Below, piece after piece: positions 19,278 through 32,573 of a stretch of DNA of 64,000 nt (position 1 is its first letter; each line of letters opens with the position of its first letter). A program made the position numbers and the translations under genes. The DNA is taken from NCBI GenBank assembly GCA_965277715.1, contig OZ255836.1, positions 864,001-928,000 of the forward strand, read 5' to 3'. The stretch is from Gammaproteobacteria bacterium. Its GTDB lineage: Bacteria; Pseudomonadota; Gammaproteobacteria; JBCCGL01. The notes under the pieces were generated by a model. The model saw nothing but the letters and a program-made list of their open reading frames with translations, was not told the origin of the DNA and did no database searches.

Positions 19278-20603
19278 ATGCGGGAAGGCAGTTTACAAGC
19301 ACCTACGCGGCACCCACTGGATTGGAAAAACCCCGATTTTTATAATACCGACAAACTCAATCAGGAACTTGAACGGGTGTACGATATTTGTCATGGTTGT
19401 CGGCGTTGTGTCAGCCTGTGCAATGCATTCCCCACGCTGTTCGATTTGGTCGATGAGTCAGAAACAATGGAGGTCGACGGTGTCGCTAAAGCGGATTACA
19501 TGAAAGTGGTCGATCACTGCTATTTGTGTGATTTGTGTTATATGACTAAATGCCCCTATGTACCGCCCCACGAATGGAACGTCGATTTTCCACATTTAAT
19601 GTTGCGCGCTAAAGCGGTTAAAACACAACAAACATCTCCCTCATTACGTGATCGCGTGCTGGCGTCCACCGATGCGGTTGGCAAATTGTCCGCGATACCG
19701 GTTGTGGCGCAAACAATTAATGCCGTTAATAAGGTGGGAGCTGTGCGCAGATTAATGCATAAAACGGTGGGTATTCATGCGGATGCTGTATTACCTGAAT
19801 TTACCAGCACACCCTTTCGCAAACGATCAATCGATGTTAATAAAAACCCTAAAAATGCACAGATAGCAGGTAATACTACAGGCCGTGTTGCATTGTTTAC
19901 AACCTGTTATGGTAATCGCTGTTCGCCCCAGGTTAACGAAGACCTGGTGGCCGTATTGCAACACAATGGTATCGAGGTACGCTTAGTTGAAAAAGAGCAG
20001 TGCTGTGGTATGCCAAAACTCGAACTTGGCGATTTACAGGCTGTCAGTGATGCCAAAGATAATAATATTCCTGAATTGCTTACATTAATTGAAGATGGAT
20101 GGGATATTCTTGCACCGATTCCCTCGTGTGTGTTGATGTTTAAACAGGAACTGCCGTTGATGTTTCCGCATGACGATGATGTGAAGCGTGTACAACGGGC
20201 AATTTATGATCCATTTGAGTATCTGATGCTACGCCACAAGCACCAGCAGCTAAGCACTGAATTTAAACAGCCATTAGGCAAGTTGGTTTATCACGCCTCT
20301 TGCCATCTCCGCGTGCAAAATATCGGGTTAAAAACACGGGATACATTACAACTGGTGCCAGATACCACGATTGAAGTGGTAGAGCGTTGTTCCGGGCATG
20401 ACGGTACTTATGCCATTAAAAGCGAATTCCATGATATATCGACAAAAATTTGCCGACCTGTGGTCAACAAAATAAAGAAAGCCGGTGCAGATCACTATAC
20501 AAGCGATTGCCCGATGGCTGGCGCACAAATAAGTAACGGCCTCAATGATGACAGTAATGCGATTCACCCAATGAGTTTACTGCGCCACGCTTACGGTATC
20601 TAA
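19278..20603 (+). CDS. Rubrerythrin-associated Fe-S oxidoreductase (GlpC/HdrD-like, CCG domains)
   Basis: CHGCRRCVSLC, CYLCDLCYMTKCPY, CCGMP, CSGHDG, SDCP. Confidence 0.92.
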   Translation: MREGSLQAPTRHPLDWKNPDFYNTDKLNQELERVYDICHGCRRCVSLCNAFPTLFDLVDESETMEVDGVAKADYMKVVDHCYLCDLCYMTKCPYVPPHEWNVDFPHLMLRAKAVKTQQTSPSLRDRVLASTDAVGKLSAIPVVAQTINAVNKVGAVRRLMHKTVGIHADAVLPEFTSTPFRKRSIDVNKNPKNAQIAGNTTGRVALFTTCYGNRCSPQVNEDLVAVLQHNGIEVRLVEKEQCCGMPKLELGDLQAVSDAKDNNIPELLTLIEDGWDILAPIPSCVLMFKQELPLMFPHDDDVKRVQRAIYDPFEYLMLRHKHQQLSTEFKQPLGKLVYHASCHLRVQNIGLKTRDTLQLVPDTTIEVVERCSGHDGTYAIKSEFHDISTKICRPVVNKIKKAGADHYTSDCPMAGAQISNGLNDDSNAIHPMSLLRHAYGI

Positions 20604-20625
20604 GCGTTTTTACCCTGGATTAATA

Positions 20626-21210
20626 ATGAAAAAACTGACTAAAGACGATCTTTACACATTGGAAAAATACGCGACTGTTCGCGTTGATTTTCGTCAACAG
20701 GCGATAACCCACAAAGCAAACCGGCGTATCGATCTGGGTGAGCATGTTAGCCTTTATTTTGAAGACCGGTTGACAATGCATTATCAAATACAGGAAATTT
20801 TGCGCGCCGAAAAAATATTTGAACCCGACGGTATTCAAGAGGAAATCGATGCTTACAACGATCTAATTCCCGATGGCAGTAATTTAAAAGCGACCTTGAT
20901 GATTCAATATGAAGATGTGGATGAACGCAAACACGCACTGACTAAACTAATTGGCATCGAAACCCAAATATGGTTAAAGGTTGAGGGACACGGGAAAGTC
21001 TTCCCGGTTGCCGATGAAGACCTCGAACGTGAAACCGAAGAAAAAACCTCAGCGGTACACTTTTTACGCTTTGAGTTTGCCGATCAAATGATCAGGGATC
21101 TGCAGCGTGGGCATGCACTATTGGCAGGGGTCGATCACGCGGAGCTGACGGTTGTGCTTAATCCGGTTGCTGATAATACCCGGCAAGCGCTGCAAGCTGA
21201 TTTTGATTAG
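20626..21210 (+). CDS. DUF3501 family protein
   Basis: FEDRLTMHYQIQEILRAE...AYNDLIP...KTSAVHFLRF; sits in the usual position after the rubrerythrin-associated oxidoreductase. Confidence 0.88.
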   Translation: MKKLTKDDLYTLEKYATVRVDFRQQAITHKANRRIDLGEHVSLYFEDRLTMHYQIQEILRAEKIFEPDGIQEEIDAYNDLIPDGSNLKATLMIQYEDVDERKHALTKLIGIETQIWLKVEGHGKVFPVADEDLERETEEKTSAVHFLRFEFADQMIRDLQRGHALLAGVDHAELTVVLNPVADNTRQALQADFD

Positions 21211-21240
21211 CGTTATTTAGCGGCGCCTTCTAGTACACCG

Positions 21241-21693
21241 TCAACGGAAGGTAGACGGTGTACTGGTGTTATTGCGTACTTTGACGATGATATCGAGGCT
21301 GTCTAATGTGCAGTGTGCGGGTATGTCCGGCAGCTCGGCAATTGAGAATTGTCCGGCGGGAATATCCTCCAAAGCACCTGTATCGATATTATAAAAATGA
21401 TAATGCGCGGAAAGGTTTGAATCGTAGAAAACCCGCTCCGGGTCAATGAGTACCTCACGAACCAGGCCTTTGCGGCTAAACAGCCCCAGGGTATTGTAAA
21501 CCGTGGCCTTTGATACCGATGCATCCCTGGCGTTAACCGCTTCAAGGATCTGCTCTGCAGACAGGTGTTGTTGCCGGGAAAAAAGATAACTGGCTATGGT
21601 GACACGTTGCGCAGTAGGGTTGATTGCCTTTTCGTGTAGTAGTTGGGTGATTTTTGCCGTATTGAGCGGGTACGTGTAAGGCGGGTTGTTCAT
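21241..21693 (-). CDS. Fur-family regulator, Irr/PerR-like
   Basis: PTAQR...HLSAEQ...VSKATVYNTLGLF...FYDSNLSAHYHFYNIDTG; no C-terminal CxxC pairs. Confidence 0.9.
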   Translation of the reverse strand: MNNPPYTYPLNTAKITQLLHEKAINPTAQRVTIASYLFSRQQHLSAEQILEAVNARDASVSKATVYNTLGLFSRKGLVREVLIDPERVFYDSNLSAHYHFYNIDTGALEDIPAGQFSIAELPDIPAHCTLDSLDIIVKVRNNTSTPSTFR

Positions 21694-21975
21694 AGCGATA
21701 AATTATACGCATTTTCGTTTAGCTGTCACCTGCTTGGATTTTCACAGCCACGGCAAATTTGTTTTAATATCGCTCTTGAAGTTATTTGGCATGTTTTTTT
21801 TCAAAAGAAAACCCTGAAATGCATGAAATAATTGGTTTATGGTTCGGCTACTGCCCCGTTATTTCCCAAGATCCAGAATTTGGAGAAAATTTGTGGTTGG
21901 GTGTCTACAGACAGGTATTGTGAGTATAACGAGCCAGTAAAACGTTATGAATAAAATCAATAGGGTTTAGCCAGA

Positions 21976-23676
21976 ATGTTGCTTGCGGTTGATAATCTGC
22001 ACATAAGTTTCCAGCAAAATGGTGTATCTAATGCTGCCGTCGATGGCATCAGCTTCACCATTGGGCGCGGTGAAACCTTTTGCCTGGTAGGTGAGTCCGG
22101 TAGTGGTAAATCACTCACCGCTTTGGCCATTATGCGACTGCTACCTGCCACTGCGGTCGACACGCATTCCACCGCTATTACCCTCAGCCATAATGACAAT
22201 AGTAATGGCAACGTCACGCAGAATTTATTGCGTATAGATGAACCCGCAATGCAGGCACTGCGGGGCGCCCGGATTGCGATGATCTTTCAGGAGCCGATGA
22301 GCTCGCTCAACCCGGTGTTGACTATCGGCGAGCAGCTTATCGAGGCTATTCAACTGACCTGGCCAGATAAATCAATGGCAGAAGCCTACCAACAGGCACA
22401 GGACGCCCTGCAAAAAGTACAGCTCGATAATCCCGGGCAATACCTTAATGAATACCCACACCGCCTATCCGGTGGGCAGCGTCAGCGGGTTATGATCGCG
22501 ATGGCCATGGCGTGCGAGCCTGCGCTGTTAATTGCCGACGAACCAACAACCGCGCTGGATGTGACGGTGCAGGCTGAAATACTGGCACTAATGCGCGAAC
22601 TACAGCAGCGCACGAAGATGAGCCTGCTGTTTATTACGCACGATTTGGGCGTGGTGGCACAAATTGCCGAGCGGGTTGCGGTGATGCAGCGCGGCAAAAT
22701 TGTAGAGCAGGGTAGCTGCGCACAGATTCTCGATAACCCCCAGCACCCTTATACACAAAACCTTATCGCCAGCCTGCCGGAAAATCTGGCGTATACCGGC
22801 AAACCTGCCCAGAAACAAAACACGGTGACAGCGGCTGAAGCACTGCTGCGGGTCGATGATTTGCACGTGCACTACCCGGTGCGGCACGGTCTGTTACGCC
22901 GTGTTAGCCACTATGTCCGCGCTGTTGATGGTGTCGATCTTTGCGTTGCACCGGGGCAAATTGTCGCCTTGGTGGGGGAGTCCGGGTGTGGCAAAACTAC
23001 ACTGGGTCGGGCGATACTGCGGTTGATTGCCCCCCATTCCGGTGGCGTCTATTTTCGCGGCGAATCAATAGCTGGAAAATTAATCGCCAAAAAATTGATA
23101 ACATGGGCAAATCCGGCATCTATAAAACGCCTGCGGTCAAAACTACAATATATCTTTCAAGACCCCATCACGTCGTTGAACCCCCGTTTAACTGTGGCAA
23201 CCACACTGATCGAACCGATGGCGGTACACGGTATTGGCGATTCACACGCGCACCGCGTGCAATTGGCCGGGCAGGCGCTACTCGACGTACAGTTGACGCC
23301 AGAACACCTGTGGCGTTTTCCCCATCAGTTCTCCGGTGGCCAGCGGCAGCGCATCGGCATAGCGCGTGCTCTATGCCTTAATCCGGCGTTTATTGTGTGT
23401 GATGAAATTACCAGCGCACTGGATGTATCGGTACAGGCGGGGATTCTTCAGTTGCTGTTATCCTTGCGTGACACGCGCAATATCGCCCTGTTATTTATTA
23501 CCCACGATATTAGTGTGGTCGAATATATAAGCGATGTAACCGCCGTGATGTACCAGGGAAAGATCATTGAAATGGGCGATACGGCGCAAGTGTGTCGTCA
23601 GCCTCAACACCCCTATACACAGCGTTTGATTGCAGCAGTGCCCAGGTTGAAGAATCAGGTTGAAGAATCAGGCTGA
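21976..23676 (+). CDS. Peptide/nickel ABC transporter ATP-binding protein with two fused NBDs
   Basis: Walker A motifs GESGSGKS and GESGCGKT; signatures LSGGQRQR and FSGGQRQR; P.HPYT motifs. Confidence 0.93.
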   Translation: MLLAVDNLHISFQQNGVSNAAVDGISFTIGRGETFCLVGESGSGKSLTALAIMRLLPATAVDTHSTAITLSHNDNSNGNVTQNLLRIDEPAMQALRGARIAMIFQEPMSSLNPVLTIGEQLIEAIQLTWPDKSMAEAYQQAQDALQKVQLDNPGQYLNEYPHRLSGGQRQRVMIAMAMACEPALLIADEPTTALDVTVQAEILALMRELQQRTKMSLLFITHDLGVVAQIAERVAVMQRGKIVEQGSCAQILDNPQHPYTQNLIASLPENLAYTGKPAQKQNTVTAAEALLRVDDLHVHYPVRHGLLRRVSHYVRAVDGVDLCVAPGQIVALVGESGCGKTTLGRAILRLIAPHSGGVYFRGESIAGKLIAKKLITWANPASIKRLRSKLQYIFQDPITSLNPRLTVATTLIEPMAVHGIGDSHAHRVQLAGQALLDVQLTPEHLWRFPHQFSGGQRQRIGIARALCLNPAFIVCDEITSALDVSVQAGILQLLLSLRDTRNIALLFITHDISVVEYISDVTAVMYQGKIIEMGDTAQVCRQPQHPYTQRLIAAVPRLKNQVEESG

Positions 23677-23694
23677 AAAAACAGATTGAAAGAC
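23643..23694 (+). repeat. Degenerate 13-bp tandem repeat x4 across the ABC ATPase stop codon
   Basis: CAGGTTGAAGAAT CAGGTTGAAGAAT CAGGCTGAAAAAA CAGATTGAAAGAC. Confidence 0.75.
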
Positions 23695-23731
23695 CCGGCG
23701 GGAAAATTCAGATAAAGATTCCCAAATAATG

Positions 23732-23756
23732 AAGCGGAGGTTAAACCACCGCTTTT
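23732..23756 (+). terminator. Possible intrinsic terminator after the ABC ATPase
   Basis: AAGCGGAGGTT-AAACCACCGCTTTT imperfect stem followed by a pyrimidine-rich tract. Confidence 0.5.
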
Positions 23757-23952
23757 CCCTTTATTTTCCCTCTGTTGTATTGATTGATATACCCGTCAGT
23801 AAATGCATCGCCAGCCAGTGGTGGGTAGAGTAAAACCCCCTATGCTCTTTTGCACCCTATGCAGTCATCCTGACCGATCAACAGAATAATCGGTATGCCA
23901 TCGAGGTGGCATACCCAAAGCGCCAGGTAGGCCCTTTGTAGTCGAGGTTTTC

Positions 23953-27800
<3,848 letters not shown>

Positions 27801-27821
27801 TTTACTCTGCTATTCAGTGTC

Positions 27822-28589
27822 TTACAGGGTGCTGCCTGCACTGCGGGTCATCACCTCGTAGCCGGTTTTGGTGACCAGTACAGTATGTTCCCATTGCGCC
27901 GATAGGCTGTGGTCTTTGGTGACCACAGTCCAGTCATCAGGTAGCAATTTAACCGCCCGTTTACCCTGGTTAATCATCGGCTCGATAGTGAAAATCATGC
28001 CTTCGGCGAGTGTGATGCCGGTGCCGGGTTTACCGAAGTGCAACACTTGAGGCTCCTCGTGAAACACGCGGCCAATGCCGTGCCCGCAGTATTCGCGCAC
28101 CACGGAGAAGTGGTGTTTTTCAACATAGCTCTGAATAATGTGGCCAATGTCGCCGAGCTGTATGCCGGGTTTGACGGCTTCAATACCCCGGTGCATTGCG
28201 TCTCTGGCGACATCGCAAAGGCGTTTAGCCTGTATCGATGGCTTGCCAACGTAAAACATGCGGCTGGTATCACCGTGGTATTCATTTTTGATAACGGTGA
28301 TATCGATGTTGACGATATCGCCCTTTTTGAGTTTCTTTGGCCCCGGAATGCCGTGGCATACCTGGTGATTGACCGAGGTGCAAATAGATTTTGGGAAGCC
28401 CCGGTAGTTGAGTGGGGCAGGGGTTGCCTGTTGTTCATTGACGATGTAGTCGTGGCACAGGGTGTTCAGTGCCTCGGTGGTGATGCCGGGTTTGACGTGT
28501 TCGCCGATCATGTCGAGTACTTCGGATGCGAGTTTACCGGCGATGCGCATTTTGCCGATTTCTTCTTCCGTTTTGATCGTTACACTCAT
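27822..28589 (-). CDS. map: Methionine aminopeptidase type I
   Basis: CTSVNHQVCHGIP, NIDIT...HGDTSR, YCGHGIG..FHEEP, FTIEPM, SAQWEHT. Confidence 0.98.
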   Translation of the reverse strand: MSVTIKTEEEIGKMRIAGKLASEVLDMIGEHVKPGITTEALNTLCHDYIVNEQQATPAPLNYRGFPKSICTSVNHQVCHGIPGPKKLKKGDIVNIDITVIKNEYHGDTSRMFYVGKPSIQAKRLCDVARDAMHRGIEAVKPGIQLGDIGHIIQSYVEKHHFSVVREYCGHGIGRVFHEEPQVLHFGKPGTGITLAEGMIFTIEPMINQGKRAVKLLPDDWTVVTKDHSLSAQWEHTVLVTKTGYEVMTRSAGSTL

Positions 28590-28758
28590 AGGTTTGTCAG
28601 CCCCAAAAATAGAGCGGGCATTCTATACGATGGTGTCTGTTGGTGCGATAGCTTCGCGTGGGTACTTGTCCAGGTATCTTTCCTGATTAATGACTGACAT
28701 GGTAGATTGTTTGTATTTTCTGTGTTGGGGAGGGAGTTATGAATAGGCTGTGTAGATT

Positions 28759-29526
28759 TTGTCGATAGCATTAATTGGTATCTGTTTGGTCGTCGGTTTA
28801 TTGATCGGTGCTGTTGGTATTGGCGGGGTGCTGTTGGTACCGTCCCTGTCGTTGATCGCCGGTGTGTCGGTACATGAAGCCATTCCCGCCTGTATGCTCA
28901 GTTACCTAGCCACGGGTGCCGTGGGCGCGGCAGTATTCGCCCGGCGTGGCTCGATTCAATGGAAAATGGTGCTGTGGGTCTGTATTGGTGCGGTACCTGC
29001 GGCTTATTTGGGCGCCTCGTCGTTGCTGGCCATCCCGGCGACGGTCATCAAACTGTTAATTGCCGGCATGATGATTCTGGCGGGCGTTGATGCGTTGAGA
29101 ACATCGAGTCGCAAAACACAGATTGAGGAGAGGCAGGGGAGGGGGGATCTCAGGCGTACCAGCCTGATCGCGATTGGTTTTATCACCGGGTTTGGTTCTG
29201 CCATCACCGGCACTGGCGGGCCATTGATTCTGGTGCCGCTGACCCTCTACCTAGGCCTACCGGTACTGACTGCCGTGGGTTTAAGCCAGGCGATACAAAT
29301 TCCCATCGCCACCTTTGCCAGCATCGGCAACTGGATGCAGGGGAATCTCAATATAGAACTGGGAATCGCAATTGCACTATCAATGGTCATTGGCTCTTTT
29401 GCCGGTGCTACAGTAGTACACCACGTACCAAGTGATGTAATAAAAAAAACAGTCGCGGTTTTATTAATTGTAGTAGGTGTCATTATCGCCGCTAAGGTGA
29501 TAATACTCCCCCCAACTTTGAATTGA
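28759..29526 (+). CDS. Sulfite exporter TauE/SafE family membrane protein
   Basis: GLLIGAVGIGGVLLVP and GFGSAITGTGGPLILVP duplicated motifs; about 8 TM segments. Confidence 0.85.
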   Translation: MSIALIGICLVVGLLIGAVGIGGVLLVPSLSLIAGVSVHEAIPACMLSYLATGAVGAAVFARRGSIQWKMVLWVCIGAVPAAYLGASSLLAIPATVIKLLIAGMMILAGVDALRTSSRKTQIEERQGRGDLRRTSLIAIGFITGFGSAITGTGGPLILVPLTLYLGLPVLTAVGLSQAIQIPIATFASIGNWMQGNLNIELGIAIALSMVIGSFAGATVVHHVPSDVIKKTVAVLLIVVGVIIAAKVIILPPTLN

Positions 29527-29657
29527 TTACTATATAAAATCACCTAACAGGCAACACAATATCCAGGCAGCTTATTGGCTGGTGTTGTCCCCTGCGCCAT
29601 AAGTGAATTTGGCCTTATAACACCCTACGCTACCTGCATGGAAATAAAGTAAACGTT

Positions 29658-29780
29658 AAGAACATGCATGAAACAAACGCCGGGATTCATAAATGTATTA
29701 ATTTTCCTTATAGCTGAGTCGACGTGAGTGTGCTATTAAAATAACATAATAAAAATGGAAGTTGTTTCGTGCACGTTCCT
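29658..29780. mobile_element. Palindromic element family B, two-armed copy B2
   Basis: Arms AAGAACATGCATGAAACAAACGCC and GGAAGTTGTTTCGTGCACGTTCCT pair imperfectly. Right end touches the ETF-QO stop. Arms recur at 8806-8829, 53354-53377 and 57115-57138. Confidence 0.75.
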
Positions 29781-31435
29781 CACATGTTTGGGTAATTCGG
29801 CCCACCCCCGCCCTCTGGTACCACCCAGGTAATATTCTGACTGGGGTCTTTAATATCACACGTTTTACAGTGCACACAGTTTTGTGCGTTGATCTGAAAT
29901 TTTGCCTTGCCGTGTTCATCGTCGACTATCTCATAAACACCTGCCGGGCAATAGCGTTGCGCTGGCTCCGCCCAGGTGGGCAAATTGACCGACAGAGGCA
30001 AAGCCACATCAGCGAGTTGTAAATGCACCGGTTGATCGTCTTCATGGTTAGTGCTGGAGAGAAACACCGATGAGGATTTATCAAAACTCAATACACCGTC
30101 TGGTTTTGGGTAATGTATTTCCTGGCAGGCACTGGCGGGTTTTAATGCAGTGTGATCCAGTGACAGGTCTTTCAGTGTAAAGGGTAATCTGCCTTTAAAG
30201 ATATTTTGATCAAGGAAGTTAAAAGCCCCCCCCAGCCAGGTGCCAAATTTGTGCATCGCCGGGCCGAAGTTGCGGGTGCGGTGTAGCTCTGTGTGCAGCC
30301 ATGATTGGTTAAAACGCTCGCCATATTGAGTTAAATCCTTACCGCCTTCATCCCCCGCAGCCAGCGCATCGAAAATGGTTTCGGCTGCCAACATACCGGA
30401 CTTCATCGCGGTGTGAGTGCCTTTTATTTTAGCAAAATTCAGTGTGCCAGCATCACAACCAATTAGCAGCGCACCGGGCATCGACATTTTTGGCAGGGCG
30501 TTTAGTCCCCCTTTGGCTATCGCTCTGGCGCCGTAGGCGATGCGTTTACCCCCCGCCAGGTGGTTGGCCAATACCGGGTGGTGTTTCAGGCGCTGAAACT
30601 CGTGAAAGGGACTGAGGTAGGGGTTGCGGTAGTTGAGGTCGCTAATCAGGCCGACAGACACCAGATTATCGTCGAGGTGGTAGAGAAAAAATCCCCCCGA
30701 GGCATTGCTTGCCGAGAGCGGCCAACCGGCACCGTGTACCACCAATCCGGGCTGGTGATTTTCTGCGTCGATCTGCCACAGTTCTTTAATGCCGATACCG
30801 TAGTGTTGCGGTGTGGCATCTGCATCGAGGTTAAATTGTTTGATGAGTTGCTTGCCGAGGTGGCCACGGCACCCCTCCGAGAAAATGGTGTATTTTGCGT
30901 GTAGCTCCATCCCTGGTTCATAGCTGTCTTTATGTTCGCCATTGGCCTTGACGCCCATATCGCCGGTGGCGACACCTTTGATGCTGCCATCGTCGTGGTA
31001 GAGAATCTCGGCGGCGGCAAAGCCGGGGAAAATTTCCACCCCCAGCGCTTCGGCCCGCTCACCCAACCACCGGGTGACATTGCCAAGGCTGACGATGTAG
31101 TTACCGTGGTTGTGCATGGTGCTGGGAATCATAAAGTTCGGTGTTTTGAACGATTGGCTTTCGCCGGTCAGGAAGTACACCTCGTCACGTTTTACCGGCG
31201 TGTTGAGCGGCGCACCGTTTTCCTGCCAGTCGGGGAACAGCTCGTTCAACGAGGTGGGCTCGATTACTGCGCCGGAGAGAATATGCGCGCCGACCTCTGA
31301 GCCTTTTTCGAGCACAACAACAGTGATCTCCTGTTGTTTTTCCTGTGCCAGTTGCATCAGTCGGCAGGCGGTGGATAGCCCGGCAGGGCCTGCGCCCACA
31401 ATAACCACGTCAAATTCCATCGATTCGCGTTCCAT
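29780..31435 (-). CDS. Electron transfer flavoprotein-ubiquinone oxidoreductase
   Basis: DVVIVGAGPAGL, GAHILSGA, YCPAGVYE, NCVHCKTCDIKDP, EGGGGPNY. Confidence 0.97.
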   Translation of the reverse strand: MERESMEFDVVIVGAGPAGLSTACRLMQLAQEKQQEITVVVLEKGSEVGAHILSGAVIEPTSLNELFPDWQENGAPLNTPVKRDEVYFLTGESQSFKTPNFMIPSTMHNHGNYIVSLGNVTRWLGERAEALGVEIFPGFAAAEILYHDDGSIKGVATGDMGVKANGEHKDSYEPGMELHAKYTIFSEGCRGHLGKQLIKQFNLDADATPQHYGIGIKELWQIDAENHQPGLVVHGAGWPLSASNASGGFFLYHLDDNLVSVGLISDLNYRNPYLSPFHEFQRLKHHPVLANHLAGGKRIAYGARAIAKGGLNALPKMSMPGALLIGCDAGTLNFAKIKGTHTAMKSGMLAAETIFDALAAGDEGGKDLTQYGERFNQSWLHTELHRTRNFGPAMHKFGTWLGGAFNFLDQNIFKGRLPFTLKDLSLDHTALKPASACQEIHYPKPDGVLSFDKSSSVFLSSTNHEDDQPVHLQLADVALPLSVNLPTWAEPAQRYCPAGVYEIVDDEHGKAKFQINAQNCVHCKTCDIKDPSQNITWVVPEGGGGPNYPNM

Positions 31436-31688
31436 AATACCCCTCTATATATAAGTTAATTTTTAACGGTAAATCGTGTAATTATAAAGCCACTGCGAAT
31501 GCGGTGTACTAAAAATGAGTGTCAAAAATAGGTGTAATTTGCGGCAGGCTTTTTAATAAACCCAATATTGTCTTTTTTTTTGTATATTGCCACATGCCAA
31601 CTCACCCACCACACCCCTAAAGTACCTTTATTACTGCTTGGGATCAAAACCCTCGTTTGGGTTAAAATCAATAATTTTGGAGAATCGA

Positions 31689-32453
31689 TTGGATATTAAT
31701 GGTCAATCGGCACTGGTCACTGGCGGTGCATCGGGTATAGGGATGGATGTTGGCAGGGCGTTGCTGGCCGCAGGTGTGAAGGTGACTTTGCTGGATATAA
31801 ATACGGGCGCGCTGCAAACAGTGGCTGATCAACTGGGGTGTGCATCTGCTGTGTGTGATGTCGCTGATGCAACCTCGGCCCGGCAGGCGATTGCGCAGGC
31901 CAGCGGGGTAAACGGTGTGGCGCGCATTTTAGTGAATTGCGCAGGTATTGCTCCCGCGCAACGCATTGTGGGTCGCGAGGGGCCTTCGTCACTGGAGAAC
32001 TTCAAACGGGTTATCGATATCAACCTGGTCGGTACTTACAATATGCTGCGTCTGGCCGCAGCGCAGATGATGGAACAGACACCGCTGGATGATGCGGGTG
32101 AGCGTGGTGTAATCATCAACACCGCTTCTGTGGCCGCGTTTGAGGGGCAAATTGGACAATCGGCATACAGTGCTTCAAAGGGTGGGGTTGTCTCGCTGGG
32201 GTTGGTGGCGGCGCGTGAATTTGCCAGTAAAGGCATTCGCGTGATGACTGTCGCGCCGGGCTTGATTGGCACCCCGATGTTGACGGGGATGCCGCAGGAG
32301 GTGCAGGACAGCCTGGCCAGTCAGGTGCCGTTTCCTTCACGCTTTGGCCGAGCCGATGAGTTTTCTGCGCTGGTCACACACATCTGTGAAAATCAGTTGC
32401 TCAACGGTGAGGTGATTCGCCTGGATGGTGCGATCAGAATGGGGCCGAAGTAG
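31689..32453 (+). CDS. SDR, 3-hydroxyacyl-CoA dehydrogenase type-2 (HSD17B10-like)
   Basis: TGGASGIG, VNCAGI, ERGVIINTASVAAFEGQIGQSAYSASKGG, GEVIRLDGAIRM. TTG start with GGAG upstream. Confidence 0.92.
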   Translation: MDINGQSALVTGGASGIGMDVGRALLAAGVKVTLLDINTGALQTVADQLGCASAVCDVADATSARQAIAQASGVNGVARILVNCAGIAPAQRIVGREGPSSLENFKRVIDINLVGTYNMLRLAAAQMMEQTPLDDAGERGVIINTASVAAFEGQIGQSAYSASKGGVVSLGLVAAREFASKGIRVMTVAPGLIGTPMLTGMPQEVQDSLASQVPFPSRFGRADEFSALVTHICENQLLNGEVIRLDGAIRMGPK

Positions 32454-32573
32454 TGGTCTTTCTGTTGTAGCCGTTAGTTGTAAAGCGAATATCGACCACG
32501 CTTCATTGTTGGTGGTGTGTTATAATTTTAAAGTTTGCAACAAGCGATTCGGATTGCCGAGATAACACACCCA

